Of a stretch of 64,000 bases of DNA, positions 47,085-57,570 are shown piece by piece; the stretch's first letter is position 1, and each line of letters opens with the position of its first letter. Under the pieces are notes generated by a model that was given only the letters and a program-made list of their open reading frames with translations, was not told the origin of the DNA and made no database searches. The translations under genes were made by a program, and so were the position numbers. The stretch comes from an uncultured delta proteobacterium (lineage in GTDB: Bacteria; Myxococcota; Myxococcia; SLRQ01): the NCBI GenBank assembly GCA_963727485.1, contig CAVSGM010000001.1, positions 960,001 to 1,024,000 on the forward strand, in the 5' to 3' direction.

Positions 47085-47483
47085 CGCTTGCCTCCAGCCC
47101 GGGACGCCGGGCGGCGCCGGGATCGCGCCAAAGCCTCGTGGGAGGCCTCCACCACTGTATGGATTCCGCCGCGGATGTTGAAGTCCCCGGTGACCTTCAT
47201 CCGCCTCGGCTTCAGGAGGGCCACCAGGTCGTCGAGGATGAGGTTGGTGACCGCCTCGTGGAAGTGGCCCTCGTTGCGGAAGGACCAGAGGTAGAGCTTG
47301 AGGGACTTCAGCTCCACGCACAGCTTCTCCGGGACGTACTCGATGCGGACGGTGGCGAAGTCCGGCTGCCCGGTCATCGGGCACACGCAGGTGAACTCCG
47401 CCGTCTCGAAGCGGATGACGTAGTCGCGCCCCGGCTTCGGGTTGGGGAAGGTCTCGAGAATCCTTGGACGGGCGGGTCGCCAT
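47081..47483 (-). CDS. queF: NADPH-dependent 7-cyano-7-deazaguanine reductase; frameshift at ~47460
   Basis: [47 protein letters not shown] on restoring GATC. Confidence 0.95.
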
Positions 47484-47496
47484 CGGGGCCCGGGTT

Positions 47497-50400
47497 CTAC
47501 CATGGAATCGGGCCCCGGCAACGTCTCCCGGGGCGCACCCGGCCGACGGCGCGCTCGGCCCACTGGGGCACCGGGTCAGTCGCCGTCGTCATGGCCCGGA
47601 ACCCGGCGACCGTCTCCCACCGCTTCGCCGCCCCGGCCCCGAGCTCGCCGCCCATCTCCAGGCGCAGGGCCCGCACCGTCTCCATCTCCAGGAACAGCCG
47701 CCGGTCGTCGGCGGCGTCGGTCTGGCCGCCGGCGCGGGTGAGCATGGCGTCCGCGGTCGTGAGGTCGGACCGGCGCAGGGCCAGGTGGGCGTGGTTGATG
47801 AGCACCCCCGGGACCTTGGCGACCTCCGGGTCGTCGGGGGGCGGGAGGCAGGCGAAGGCGCCGGCGTAGTCCCCGAGCTGGGTCAGCACCGAGCACAGGC
47901 CGCTGCCCCGGCCCACGTGGGTCTTGGTGCCGGGCACGGTGAGGCGCCACGCCGCCTCCAGGCTCACCCGCGCCGCCGGGTAGTCCCCGCGCCCCCAGGC
48001 GTTCCACCCCCGCACCGCGTGGAGATTGGAGCGGTCGAGGTCGTTCCCGAACTGCTCGGCCAGCGGCAGGGTCTGGTCCACCGCCCGGTCCGCGGCGGCG
48101 TAGTCGGCGGCGAGGCTGTGCTGGGTCGCCGCGTGGAGCCCGAAGGCCACCGCCAGGTCGTCGCGGCCGAGGGCCTGGGCCTCGCGGAAGGCGGTCTCGG
48201 CGAGGGCCACCGCGTCGCCCCGGCGGCCCACCAGCCCCAGGGCGTGGACCCGCAGGGAGTGGAGCTGGAGGCGGCTCGAGGGGGCGGGGCTCCGGCCCAG
48301 GGCGTCGTCGACGTAGCGCAGGGCCCGCTGCCCGGCACGGTGGTCCACCGCGGCCCGGGCGACGGTCAGGGCCACGTCCACCGCCCCGGCGTCGTCGCCG
48401 ACCCCCACCAGGTGGCCGTGGAGGACCGCCGGGTCGACCTCGTCCTCCTGGCCGAGGATTCGGAGGGCCGCCTGGTGCAGGGACCGGCGGTGGCTGAAGG
48501 AGAGGGACTCGTAGGTCACCTGCCGATCGATGGCGTGGGCGAAGCGCCACCTCCCCGGGCCCCGGGTCTCGATGAACCGCGCGGCCTTGAGCCGGCCGAG
48601 GGCGGCCAGGACCGCGCGGCGCCCCTCCTCGGCCACCAGCGCCTGCAGGGCCTCGAGGCCGAAGTCCTCGCCCCACACCGCGCCGGCGGCGAGGACCTGC
48701 CGGGCCAGGCCGTCGAAGCGGTCGATCCGGGTGCGGATGGCCTCCTCCACCGTGGCTGGGAGGCTCCGGGTGTCGCCCTGGAGTGCCAGGGCCTGGAGGA
48801 AGAGGGGATTGCCCCCGGCGCGGCGGGCGAGGACCAGGGCCTCGGTGGGGGAGAGCCCGGGCCGCAGGTGGCGCACCAGCTCCAGGGACTCGGACACCTC
48901 GAGGGGGGCCAGGGCCAGGTGGCGCTCGGGGACCGGCGGGCCCCCCTCGCCCACGGTGGTGACCAGAAGCGGGGTGCCGGTGCGCCGGGCGGCGTCGCAG
49001 AGGGCCGCCCAGGGGACGGCGTCGTCGGCCTCGGCGAGGTGGAGGTCCTCGACCAGGACCGCCACCGGGGCCCGGGCCAGGGCCGCGGCCAGGGTCGCGC
49101 CCACGGCCCCGGGATCCGAGGCGTCGAGGGGGCAGCCCAGGGCCCCGGCGAGCTCCACGAAGGCGCTGAAGGCCCGGGGCCCGCCGAAGTGGCCGAGGAC
49201 CGCCCGCCGGTGGGCGCCGGCGGCCAGGGCCCTGGCCTCCTGGAGGAGACGGGTCTTGCCCAGGCCCACCTCGCCCAGGATCCCCAGGGGGCCGGCGCCC
49301 TCTGCGAGGTGGCGGCGGAGGGCCTCGAGCTCGGCCTTCCGGCCCACCAGCGGCGTCAGCTCCAGGTTCGGGCGGGCGGCGACTGCGGTCGTCACCGGGG
49401 CCCGCACCTCGATGGGGGCGTCGAAGCCCTTGGCGGTGATGCCCGGGCGCGGCTCGAAGGTCAGGCTCCGGGCGGCGGCGGCGGTGGCGAGGTCGCAGAG
49501 GACCTCGCCGGCGGGGGTCCGCTGGAGGATGCGCGCGGCCCGGTTGACCGCTTCGCCGATGGCGGTCACCTCCCGGCGCACCGTGGAGCCGAGGGCGCCC
49601 AAGAAGACCCGCCCGGTGGCGATGCCGGCCGCGAAGGCCCCGGTGGCGGCCAGCGCCCGCGCGGTCTCCACCGCCCGGGCGGGGGCCGACTCCAGGGCCG
49701 CCGGGGCGCCGAAGCCGGCGAGGAGCACCGTGCCCTTGTCGCCGCTCTCGAATCTTCTGGACGTAGCCCCCGGCCCGGGCGACCACCGACACCGCCTCCC
49801 CGAGGCGCGTGGCCACCGCCCGGGGCCCGGCGTCGCCGGCGGTCTCCAGGCGGAGGAAGAGGGTGGTCACCGCCCGGTGCTCGCCGATCTCCGGGGGCAG
49901 GAGCAGGCCCTGCCACACCCGGTCGTGGAGGAGCGGGCGGAGGCGATCGAGGCCGGCCCCGGCCAGGACCCCGAGGTTGTCGCCCTCGGCCGTGTCCACC
50001 GCGTCGTCGGCGGGGGGCGTGGGGTCGTCGTTCTCCACGGGCAGTGGCGGCCCCGTCCCCGACTCCGGCGGCGCCGGCGCCCGCAGGGAGAGCACCCGGG
50101 CGAGGCCGGGCCCGTCCCCCTCGGTCTCCACCGACGGGGAGGCGGTGGCGGTCCACAGCTCGTCGATGCCGGCGACACCCAGGGCCCGCGCCGCCTGGCG
50201 CACCGCCGGCCCCAGGGTCACCGCCTGGCGCACCCGGTCGTCGCCGGCGGTGAAGGTGAGCACCTCCCCGTCGGCGAGGCCCAGGCGGCTCGCGGCCCCG
50301 GGTCCCTGGAGGATCTCCAGGCCCGCGGCGGCGGCCCGGGCCAGCCGGTCGTCCCGGTCGCCGCCGGTGAACAGGGCGGTGAAGGCGTCCCCGGCGAAGG

Positions 50401-50662
50401 TGGTCACGTCCCCCTGGTGCCGGGCCACCGGCGCCAGGACCTCGGCAAACCAGGCGTTGAGGCGCCCGGTGGTCTCCTCGGCGCCGGCGCGCCCCTGCTC
50501 GGCGAGCTGCCGGGTCAGCACGGTGAACCCGGCCATGTCGACCATGAGCACCGACGCCTCCACGGACACCGGGGCCACCAGATCCTCGCCCCCGAGGGCG
50601 CGCTGGTAGAGCCACAGGGGCAGCCAGCTTCGCGCGGCGACCAGGAGCTCGAGTTCGGACAC
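47497..50662 (-). CDS. Tandem class III nucleotide cyclase + P-loop NTPase + TPR-like protein (sAC-like); frameshift at ~49752
   Basis: [49 protein letters not shown]. Confidence 0.8.
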
Positions 50663-50754
50663 GGACTCCCAGAATGCCAAAGGCCCGGCCCCCGGGCCAC
50701 TCCCGACGACCGGGCCGCGGGTCCGGCCTCGAGGGCGGGTCGGCCCGCGGCGGG

Positions 50755-51089
50755 TCAGTCCCCGAGAAGCTGGTGGGCACCCCGAGCGCCATGCCGAAGA
50801 GCGTGGCGCCCATGCGGGTGACCGCGGAGGTGCCCACGAAGTGCAGGGACCGCACCTGCTTGCGCACCGGCCAGACCTTCTCCTGCCAGGCGGCCCGGGC
50901 CCCGCTGTCGTAGCCGGCGACGCCCCGGACGTCGAAGGTGACGTCCACGGTGTCGGCCCCGAGGAGGGTGAGGAAGCGGTCGGCGGCGGCGGCGCCATCG
51001 GCAGCGGAGACCCGGCTCTGGAAACGCACCACGATGCGATCGGTGCCTCCCCCCCGGGTTACCTCCCACCCTGCGGATCCGGTAACCAT
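50755..51089 (-). CDS. Small STAS/SpoIIAA-like protein; stop probably shifted by a G-run deletion
   Basis: VTFDVRGVAGYDSGARAAW, FVGTSAVTRM. One extra G in ctcggggactga gives an in-frame TGA. Confidence 0.55.
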
Positions 51090-51199
51090 GGTCGCACGAT
51101 TGTTCAATGGATTCCCCCGCGTTGGCCAGTGCCAGTGGAACCTAGGCGCCGACCGATGGGGCGCACGCCCACTCCGGCCCTCTTGACCCGGCCCCGGCG

Positions 51200-52484
51200 A
51201 TGGCCGAAGCCACGGCGACGATGGTCCGCCTCGAACGCGTCCCCGCCAATCCCGCCGCACCGCGCCTCGACTGGCCCGGCCGGCCCGCCGGGCCCCTGGA
51301 GGTGGCGGAGGTCGTCCCCGGGGTGCGCCAGCGGTGGGGCACCGGCGCGGCCATCGGCCGGGTGGTCGCCGGGGACAACCTGGGTCTCCTCGCGGGCCTC
51401 GAGCCCGGCTCGGTGCGCCTCGCCTACCTCGACCCGCCGTTCATGAGCGGCGACCGCTACACCTTCCGCACCCGGGCGGGGGAGGCGCGCTACGAGGTCC
51501 CGGCCTTCGCCGACGCCTGGCCCGGGGGGCTGGCCGGCTACCTCGCCTTCCTCGAGGACCGCCTGCGCCTGGTGGCCCGGGCACTCGCCGACGACGGGAG
51601 CCTCTACCTCCACCTCGACGCCCGGGGGGTCCACTACGCCCGGGTGCTCCTCGACGAGATCCTCGGCGCCGGGTGCTTCACCCGGCAGATCGTGTGGCGC
51701 ATCGGCTGGGTGAGCGGGTTCAAGGCCCGGGCCCGCAACTGGATCCGCGACCACGACGTGATCCTCTACTACGCCCGCCCCGGGGCGCCCTTCCACCGGC
51801 ACCTGCTGCCACACCCCGAGGGCTACGTGCGCCGGGGCGGTGGCGCCGGGGCCGGGCGCCCGGTGGACGACGTGTGGGTCGACCTTCCGTCGATCCAGAT
51901 CAAGAGCTTCTCCTCGGAGAAGACCGGCTGGGCCACCCAGAAGAACGAGGCGCTGCTCCGGCGGATCGTCGAGGCCTCGAGCGACCCTGGCGACCTCGTC
52001 CTCGAATCCCTTCGCCGGCGCCGGGAGCACCGCGGTCGCGGCGGCGGACACCGGGAGGCGCTTCGTGGTCCTCGATCGGTCGCCGCTGGCGATTCACCTG
52101 TGCCGCCGCCGGCTCCTCGCCCGGGGGGCGGCGTTCACCGTGGAGGGCACCGCCGGGGCGCCCGAGGGCGAGGTGGTCGCCTCTGCCCGGCTCCAGGGGG
52201 CGGGGACGGTGGTGCGGCTGGTGGACGTCCCTGGCGCCGCGGGCCCGGACGGCGTGGACCCCCTGGGCCGGATCGACGGGTGGTGGGTGATCGATCCCGC
52301 CGCCCCCGAGGCGCCTGCCTGGCAGGCCCACCGCCCCGGGGGCCTGCGGCCGGGGCGGGTGGCCCTGGAGACCCCGGCGCTGGCCTGCGCGGGGCCGTTC
52401 ACCGTGGAGGCGGTGGACCTCGCCGGCCGCCGCCACCGGGGCGTGGCTCAGACGTCGAGGACCCCGAAGCGCCGCCGGGGGTGA
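51200..52484 (+). CDS. N6-adenine/N4-cytosine DNA methyltransferase (beta class, Mod-like); frameshift at ~52005
   Basis: GDNL, YLDPPF (motif IV), DVW, TQKNEALL, LDPFAGAGST (motif I) on restoring GATC. Confidence 0.88.
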
Positions 52485-53215
52485 CCGGCGCCGGTGACCG
52501 GGGCGAGGCCGAGGCGGGCGAGGGTGCGCCCGTCGGGGCCGTCGGCGACCACCACCCGGCGTCGCGCCACCCTCGCCGCCAGCGCCAGGGTCTCCCGGGT
52601 CAGGGGCGCGGGATCCGCCAGCGCCCGGATCACCGCGAACTCGGCCCGGGCCGCCCGGGCCCCGGGGAACATGGGGTCGAGGTAGACGAGGTCCACCGAC
52701 GCCGGCGCCGCGGCGGCGAGCCAGGGGCGGTGGTCGGCGTGCACCACCTCCACCCGCCGGCGCGCCGCCTCCACCGCCGCCTCGTGCCCGAGGGGTCGGG
52801 CGAGGCCCTCGGCGAGGAGGACCGCGAGCCACTGGCTCGACTCCAGGGCCACCACCCGGCCCCCGTCGCCGACGGCGTGGCCCAGGACCAGGGCGTCGCT
52901 CCCGGCGCCGGCGGTGGCGTCGACCACCGTGTCCCCGGGCCGGACCCCGAGGGTGTCGACCAGGGTGTCCCGCCCGCCCCGGGCCAGGGCCCGGACGCGC
53001 ACCACCCCCAGGCTCCCGTGGAAGCGCAGCGGCGGGCCGCCCCCCGGGAGGTGGTAGGCGAGGCCCCGGCGGCCGGCGACGGCGATGACCGGGGCACCGG
53101 TCTCGGCGAAGAGGCGCGCGAGGCCCCGGCGGGGGACGAAGGGGGCCCCGAGGCGACCCGCGAGGACGCGGGCCGCCTCGAGCTCCGACGCCGAGGCGCC
53201 GGCGGGCGCGGTCAC
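52448..53215 (-). CDS. RsmJ-like SAM-dependent methyltransferase
   Basis: VVDATAGAGSDA, DLVYLDPMF, ARRRVVV. Confidence 0.75.
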   Translation of the reverse strand: MTAPAGASASELEAARVLAGRLGAPFVPRRGLARLFAETGAPVIAVAGRRGLAYHLPGGGPPLRFHGSLGVVRVRALARGGRDTLVDTLGVRPGDTVVDATAGAGSDALVLGHAVGDGGRVVALESSQWLAVLLAEGLARPLGHEAAVEAARRRVEVVHADHRPWLAAAAPASVDLVYLDPMFPGARAARAEFAVIRALADPAPLTRETLALAARVARRRVVVADGPDGRTLARLGLAPVTGAGHPRRRFGVLDV

Positions 53216-53660
53216 CCGCCGATCGGAGATCGGCGAGGACCTCGTCCGGGTGCCCCGTGGGATCGACCTTGGCATAGGCCTTCAGGACGGTCCCGTCGGC
53301 TCCGACCAGGTAGCTGATCCGCTTGGGGTACAGGTCCTGCTCCGAGCCGATGGCCCCGTAGGCGAGGCTCACCGCCCCGTCGACGTCGCAGAGCAGGGGA
53401 TAGGGGAACGAGAACTTCTCGGCGAACGCCCGGTTCTCCGCGACCGTGTCGCGGGAGATGCCGAGCACCACCGTGTCCTTGGCTTCGAACTCGCGGATTC
53501 GATCACGGAACCCGTTGCCCTCGATGGTTCACCCAGGGGTGTCGGCCTTGGGGTACCACCAGAGGAGCACGCGCTTGTCCCGGAGATCCGAGAGCCGGAC
53601 CGTCCTCCCGTCGTGGGCGGGGAGGGCGAAGTCCGGCGCCGCATCGCCGACCTTCAGCAT
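53212..53660 (-). CDS. bcp: Bcp/PrxQ peroxiredoxin, probable selenoprotein (in-frame UGA at 53529-53531)
   Basis: MLKVGDAAPDF...WYPKADTPG-UGA-TIEGNGFRD...VLGISRD...FPYPLLCD...RISYLV. The 3' end is approximate; one missing base near GATC 53221 would give TGA at 53212. Confidence 0.88.
53494..53514 (-). promoter_or_regulatory. Putative bacterial SECIS hairpin
   Basis: CGGGUUC-CGUGAUC-GAAUCCG: 7-bp stem with one GU pair, starting 15 nt after UGA; GU near the start of the loop. Confidence 0.6.
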
Positions 53661-53893
53661 GACGCCTCCGATTGCAGGGGTGAGGGGGTACGACCGCTTG
53701 AGTATCGTCGCGGCGACGGGGCGGTGACAACCGCCGGCGGGATTTGCCTCATGGCGCCCTCCGTCCCAACCTTGAGGGCCGCGGACGGCGGAGATGACGG
53801 CGCATCGCGTCATACCCCTTCGTTGCCCAGGGGCCGTTCGCCTGCTATCTCACCCCCGGCTTCACCCCAGCTCCATCACTCGGGAGACGGCGC

Positions 53894-54895
53894 ATGACAG
53901 GCAGCACGCTGAGAAAGAAGACCTCGGGCCAGCTCACCAAGGGCGACCTCAAGGAGATCCACCGGCTGATGGTGGAGGCCCGGGTGGCCGAGGAAAACCT
54001 CATCGCCATGTACCGCCGCGGCGACGGCTACTTCTGGATCGGCGGGCCGGGCGAGGAGGCCTTCGGGGTGTCCCTCGGCCTCCAGGTGCACAAGGGCGAG
54101 GGCCCCGCCTACGACTACCTCCACCTCCACTACCGGGGCTCGGCGACCTACGTGGCCATGGGCGGGCGGTCCATCGACCTCTTCCGCCAGATGCGCTCCA
54201 CGGTGAAGGACCCGTTCTCCGGCGGCCGGAACTTCTCCGACCACATCGCGGTCAAGGCGTGGAACATCGTCCCGGTGACCTCCACCATCGAGACCCAGTA
54301 CAGCCAGGCGCCGGGGACCGCGTGGATCCAGCGGCGCCACGGCGGCGAGGGGCTGTCCATCGTCACCGGCGGTGACGCCGGATCGGCCGAGGGCGACTTC
54401 GCCACCTGCCTCATCTGGTCCTCCCGGCCGGGCAACGAGGTCCCGCTGCTCATCGTGGTGGTGAACAACGAGTTCGGCATCTCCACCGAGAAGCACACCC
54501 AGTGGGCCATGGAGAACCTCGCCAGCCGCGCCGAGCCCTTCGGGATCCCGGTCAAGAGCTTCGACGGCAACGACGTGTTCAAGACCTGGGACGCGCTCCA
54601 CGAGGCGATGAGCTACATCCGCACCGAGCGCAAGCCCTACTGCGTGCAGGCCAACGTCTCCCGGCTCAACGGGCACAGCTCCGCCTCCGGCGCCGAGCGC
54701 AACGCCGAGCGCGACTGCCTCCCCGAGTTCGAGGCCCAGCTCCTCGAGCGCAAGGTGATGAGCAAGAAGGACCTCGCCACGGTCTGGGAGACCGTGCGCG
54801 AGCGGCAGAAGAACGAGATCGAGGAGGTCCGCGGCGAGGCCTTCCCCAAGGCCGAAACCATCTGGGACCACATCTACGCGGAAGGGGAGGTCTGA
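53894..54895 (+). CDS. 2-oxoacid dehydrogenase E1 alpha (TPP-dependent; branched-chain type likely)
   Basis: GPGEEA, LHYR, GDAGSAEG...NNEFGIST TPP motif, DGND, RLNGHSS. Confidence 0.9.
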   Translation: MTGSTLRKKTSGQLTKGDLKEIHRLMVEARVAEENLIAMYRRGDGYFWIGGPGEEAFGVSLGLQVHKGEGPAYDYLHLHYRGSATYVAMGGRSIDLFRQMRSTVKDPFSGGRNFSDHIAVKAWNIVPVTSTIETQYSQAPGTAWIQRRHGGEGLSIVTGGDAGSAEGDFATCLIWSSRPGNEVPLLIVVVNNEFGISTEKHTQWAMENLASRAEPFGIPVKSFDGNDVFKTWDALHEAMSYIRTERKPYCVQANVSRLNGHSSASGAERNAERDCLPEFEAQLLERKVMSKKDLATVWETVRERQKNEIEEVRGEAFPKAETIWDHIYAEGEV

Positions 54896-54896
54896 C

Positions 54897-56000
54897 ATGG
54901 CGAACATGGCCCAGGCGATCCGGATGGCCCTCCATGTGGGGGAGACGAAGCTCGGCGTCACCGACATCTTCGGTGAGGACGTCGGCGCCCCCCTCGGCGG
55001 CGTGTTCACCGTCACCCAGGGGCTGGAGTCGGCGTGGAACAGCCCCCTCGACGAGCGCGGCATCGTGGGGATGGCCATCGGCATCGGCCTCACCGGCACC
55101 CGCTGCGTCGCCGAGATCCAGTTCTGCGACTACGCCCTGAACGCCTACGACCAGATCCGCCAGGCGGGGATGGTCCACTGGGCGACCAACGGCGAGTACC
55201 ACCTGCCCATCGTCCTCAAGACCCCGGTGGGCGCCGGCATCCACGGCTCCATCTACCACTCCCACTCCTTCGACACCTTCGCCACCCACAACCCCGGGTG
55301 GAAGATCGTGTGCCCCTCGACGCCGCTGGACGCCTACGGGCTGATGATCTCGGCGATCAAGGACCCCAACCCGGTGCTCTTCATGGAGCCCAAGGCGCTG
55401 CTCCGCATCCGGGGCGAGGAGCGGATCCCCGGGGAGCCCGCGGACGAGAAGACCCTCAAGCAGAGGATCGACAAGCCCGTGGGCAAGGGCGCCGATCCCA
55501 ACTGGGTCCCCGACTGGCCGGACACGGAGATGTACGAGGTGCCCATCGGCAAGGCGCGGTTCTTCCGCACCGGCGAGAGCGCCACGGTGGTGAGCTGGTC
55601 GCGGCACGTCCACATGGCCGCGAAGGCCGCGGACGAGCTGGCCAAGGAGGGGCTGACCTTCGACGTCATCGACCTGCGCAGCCTCTTCCCCTACGACTGG
55701 GACGCCATCTGCCAGTCGGTGGAGAAGACGAGGCGGCTCATCGTCATCAACGAGGACACCGAGGTCACCAACTTCGGCGAGCACCTCATCCGCCGGGCGG
55801 TGGACGAGATGTTCTACCTCTTGGAGGCGCGGCCGAAGCTCCTCGCCGGGGCCAACACCCCGGGCATCGGCATCGCCCCGGTCCTCGAGGAGGCCAGCGT
55901 GCCCCAGCCCCAGGACGTCCTGGAGGCGATGCGGGCGGTGGCCACCGAGCGCGGCTTCGGGGCGGAGCATGCCCCGCGGGTGGTGAGCGCCTCCCGGTGA
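54897..56000 (+). CDS. 2-oxoacid dehydrogenase E1 beta
   Basis: FGEDVG..GGVF, NSPLDE, AEIQFCDY, YHSHS, DPNPVLFMEPK, IDLRSL. Confidence 0.93.
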   Translation: MANMAQAIRMALHVGETKLGVTDIFGEDVGAPLGGVFTVTQGLESAWNSPLDERGIVGMAIGIGLTGTRCVAEIQFCDYALNAYDQIRQAGMVHWATNGEYHLPIVLKTPVGAGIHGSIYHSHSFDTFATHNPGWKIVCPSTPLDAYGLMISAIKDPNPVLFMEPKALLRIRGEERIPGEPADEKTLKQRIDKPVGKGADPNWVPDWPDTEMYEVPIGKARFFRTGESATVVSWSRHVHMAAKAADELAKEGLTFDVIDLRSLFPYDWDAICQSVEKTRRLIVINEDTEVTNFGEHLIRRAVDEMFYLLEARPKLLAGANTPGIGIAPVLEEASVPQPQDVLEAMRAVATERGFGAEHAPRVVSASR

Positions 56001-56082
56001 TTCCCCCGCGGATCCGGGGCGCGCGTCGTCCCGGATCCCCCGGGCGGGCATGGCGCCCGCACCCCAGGTGTTGCCCGGGGGC

Positions 56083-56964
56083 ATGAAGGTCCTCCACCTC
56101 TCCGACGTCCACCTCGCCCCGGTCGTCCCCGGGCGGCCCCCGTGGCACGGCGGGTGGCGGCGGCTCCTGGCCCAGGTGGAGCTCAAGCTCATGGGCCGGG
56201 CCCGGCGCTACGTCGACGCCCCGCAGGCCCTGGCCCGGATCCTCGAGGAGGCCGCCTCGCTCGGGGTGGACCACCTGGTCCTCTCCGGCGACCTCACCGT
56301 CCTCGCCCGGGACGAGGAGTTCGCCCTGGTGGCCGAGGCCCTCGGGCCGCTCACCGGCCAGCCGGCGCGCCTCACGGTGGTCCCGGGCGACCACGATCGC
56401 TACACCCCCGGGAGCCACCGGGACCGGCGCTTCGAGCGTCACTTCGCCTTGCTGCTGGCCTCGGACCTCCCCGAGTACCAGGTCGAGGGGGCCTTTCCCC
56501 TGGTGCGCCTGGTGGGTGACGACCTGGCGGTGGTCGGCCTCGACTCCACCCGGGTGCCGCCCTTTCCCGGGCTCGCCTACGGCCGGGTGGGGGCGGCCCA
56601 GCGCGAGGCGCTGGCGGCGCTCCTCGACGACGACCGCCTCGCCGGGCGCAGCGTCCTGGTCACCTTCCACCACGCCCCCTACGATCACACCGGCCGGCCG
56701 GAGCTCTGGACCCACGGCCTCCACGACGCCGGCGCCGTCCTCGACGTCTGCGCCGCCAGGGGCGTGGCCGCGGTCCTCCACGGCCACGTACACCACCGCT
56801 ACCGCCGGGCCTGCCCCCGCACCGGGGTGGAGATCTTCGGCGCCGGCTCGTCCACCCTGGCCGGCGACGAGGGCTACTGGCTCCTGGAGCTCGAGGGCGG
56901 GCGGGTGATCTCGGCCGAGGCCCTGGCGCCGGCGCCCGCGGGGGACGCGGCCCTGGCGCTCTGA
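56083..56964 (+). CDS. Metallophosphoesterase (CpdA/Icc-like)
   Basis: HLSDVH, SGDLT, PGDHD (usually GNHD), HHAP, LHGHVH. Confidence 0.88.
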   Translation: MKVLHLSDVHLAPVVPGRPPWHGGWRRLLAQVELKLMGRARRYVDAPQALARILEEAASLGVDHLVLSGDLTVLARDEEFALVAEALGPLTGQPARLTVVPGDHDRYTPGSHRDRRFERHFALLLASDLPEYQVEGAFPLVRLVGDDLAVVGLDSTRVPPFPGLAYGRVGAAQREALAALLDDDRLAGRSVLVTFHHAPYDHTGRPELWTHGLHDAGAVLDVCAARGVAAVLHGHVHHRYRRACPRTGVEIFGAGSSTLAGDEGYWLLELEGGRVISAEALAPAPAGDAALAL

Positions 56965-57018
56965 TCCGCGTCCCCGTGCCATCGGGGATCGGATGTTGTA
57001 TAGGTTCGATCGAGCGCC

Positions 57019-57564
57019 ATGGACATGGACACGCAGGCACCGAGCAAGCGAAGCCTCCTCGAGCGGCTCCTCGACCAGGGCATGGTGATGGTCCACCTCG
57101 ACGCCCGCCGGGAGGGTGTCGACGTCCCCGGGACCTTCCGCCCCGAGGCCGACCTCCGCCTCAACTTCTCCTACCGCTTCGCCCACGGCAATCTCGCCCT
57201 CGGCGACGACGAGATCAGCGCCACCCTCAACTTCGACCGGGGGCCCTACCGCTGCGAGGTGCCCCTCTCGGCGATCTTCGCCGTGGTCAGCCACGTCACC
57301 GGCGAGGGCTTCTTCTTCCCCGGCGACGCGCCCCCGGAGGCGTTGGCGGCCCTGGCGGCGATGGTCACCCGGGACGAGGACGGCGAGATCGAGCTCCCCC
57401 GCCCCGGCGAGACCGCCCCGGAGGTCTCGGGCGACGAGGACCTGCCGGCGCCGGTGGGCAAGCCGGTGCTGCGCGCCATCGACGGCGGCGGCGAGAACGA
57501 CGAGGCCGAGGACGAGGACGCCGAGCGGCCTCGACGCCCGCCGCACCTCCGGGTGGTGAAGTAG
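57019..57564 (+). CDS. sspB: ClpXP specificity-enhancing factor SspB family
   Basis: VHLDARREGVDVP, LRLNFS, ISATLNF, VPLSAIFA; acidic tail ending PHLRVVK. Confidence 0.85.
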   Translation: MDMDTQAPSKRSLLERLLDQGMVMVHLDARREGVDVPGTFRPEADLRLNFSYRFAHGNLALGDDEISATLNFDRGPYRCEVPLSAIFAVVSHVTGEGFFFPGDAPPEALAALAAMVTRDEDGEIELPRPGETAPEVSGDEDLPAPVGKPVLRAIDGGGENDEAEDEDAERPRRPPHLRVVK

Positions 57565-57570
57565 TCCGAG

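Noticed and set aside
47081..52484. queF + DNA methyltransferase as a 7-deazaguanine DNA modification (dpd) island
   Set aside because: No dpdA/tgt-like or other dpd genes; QueF looks like the ordinary tRNA-pathway enzyme.
53496..53500. GATTC inside bcp as another indel error
   Set aside because: The frame is continuous and Bcp-like across it, and it forms part of the SECIS-like stem.
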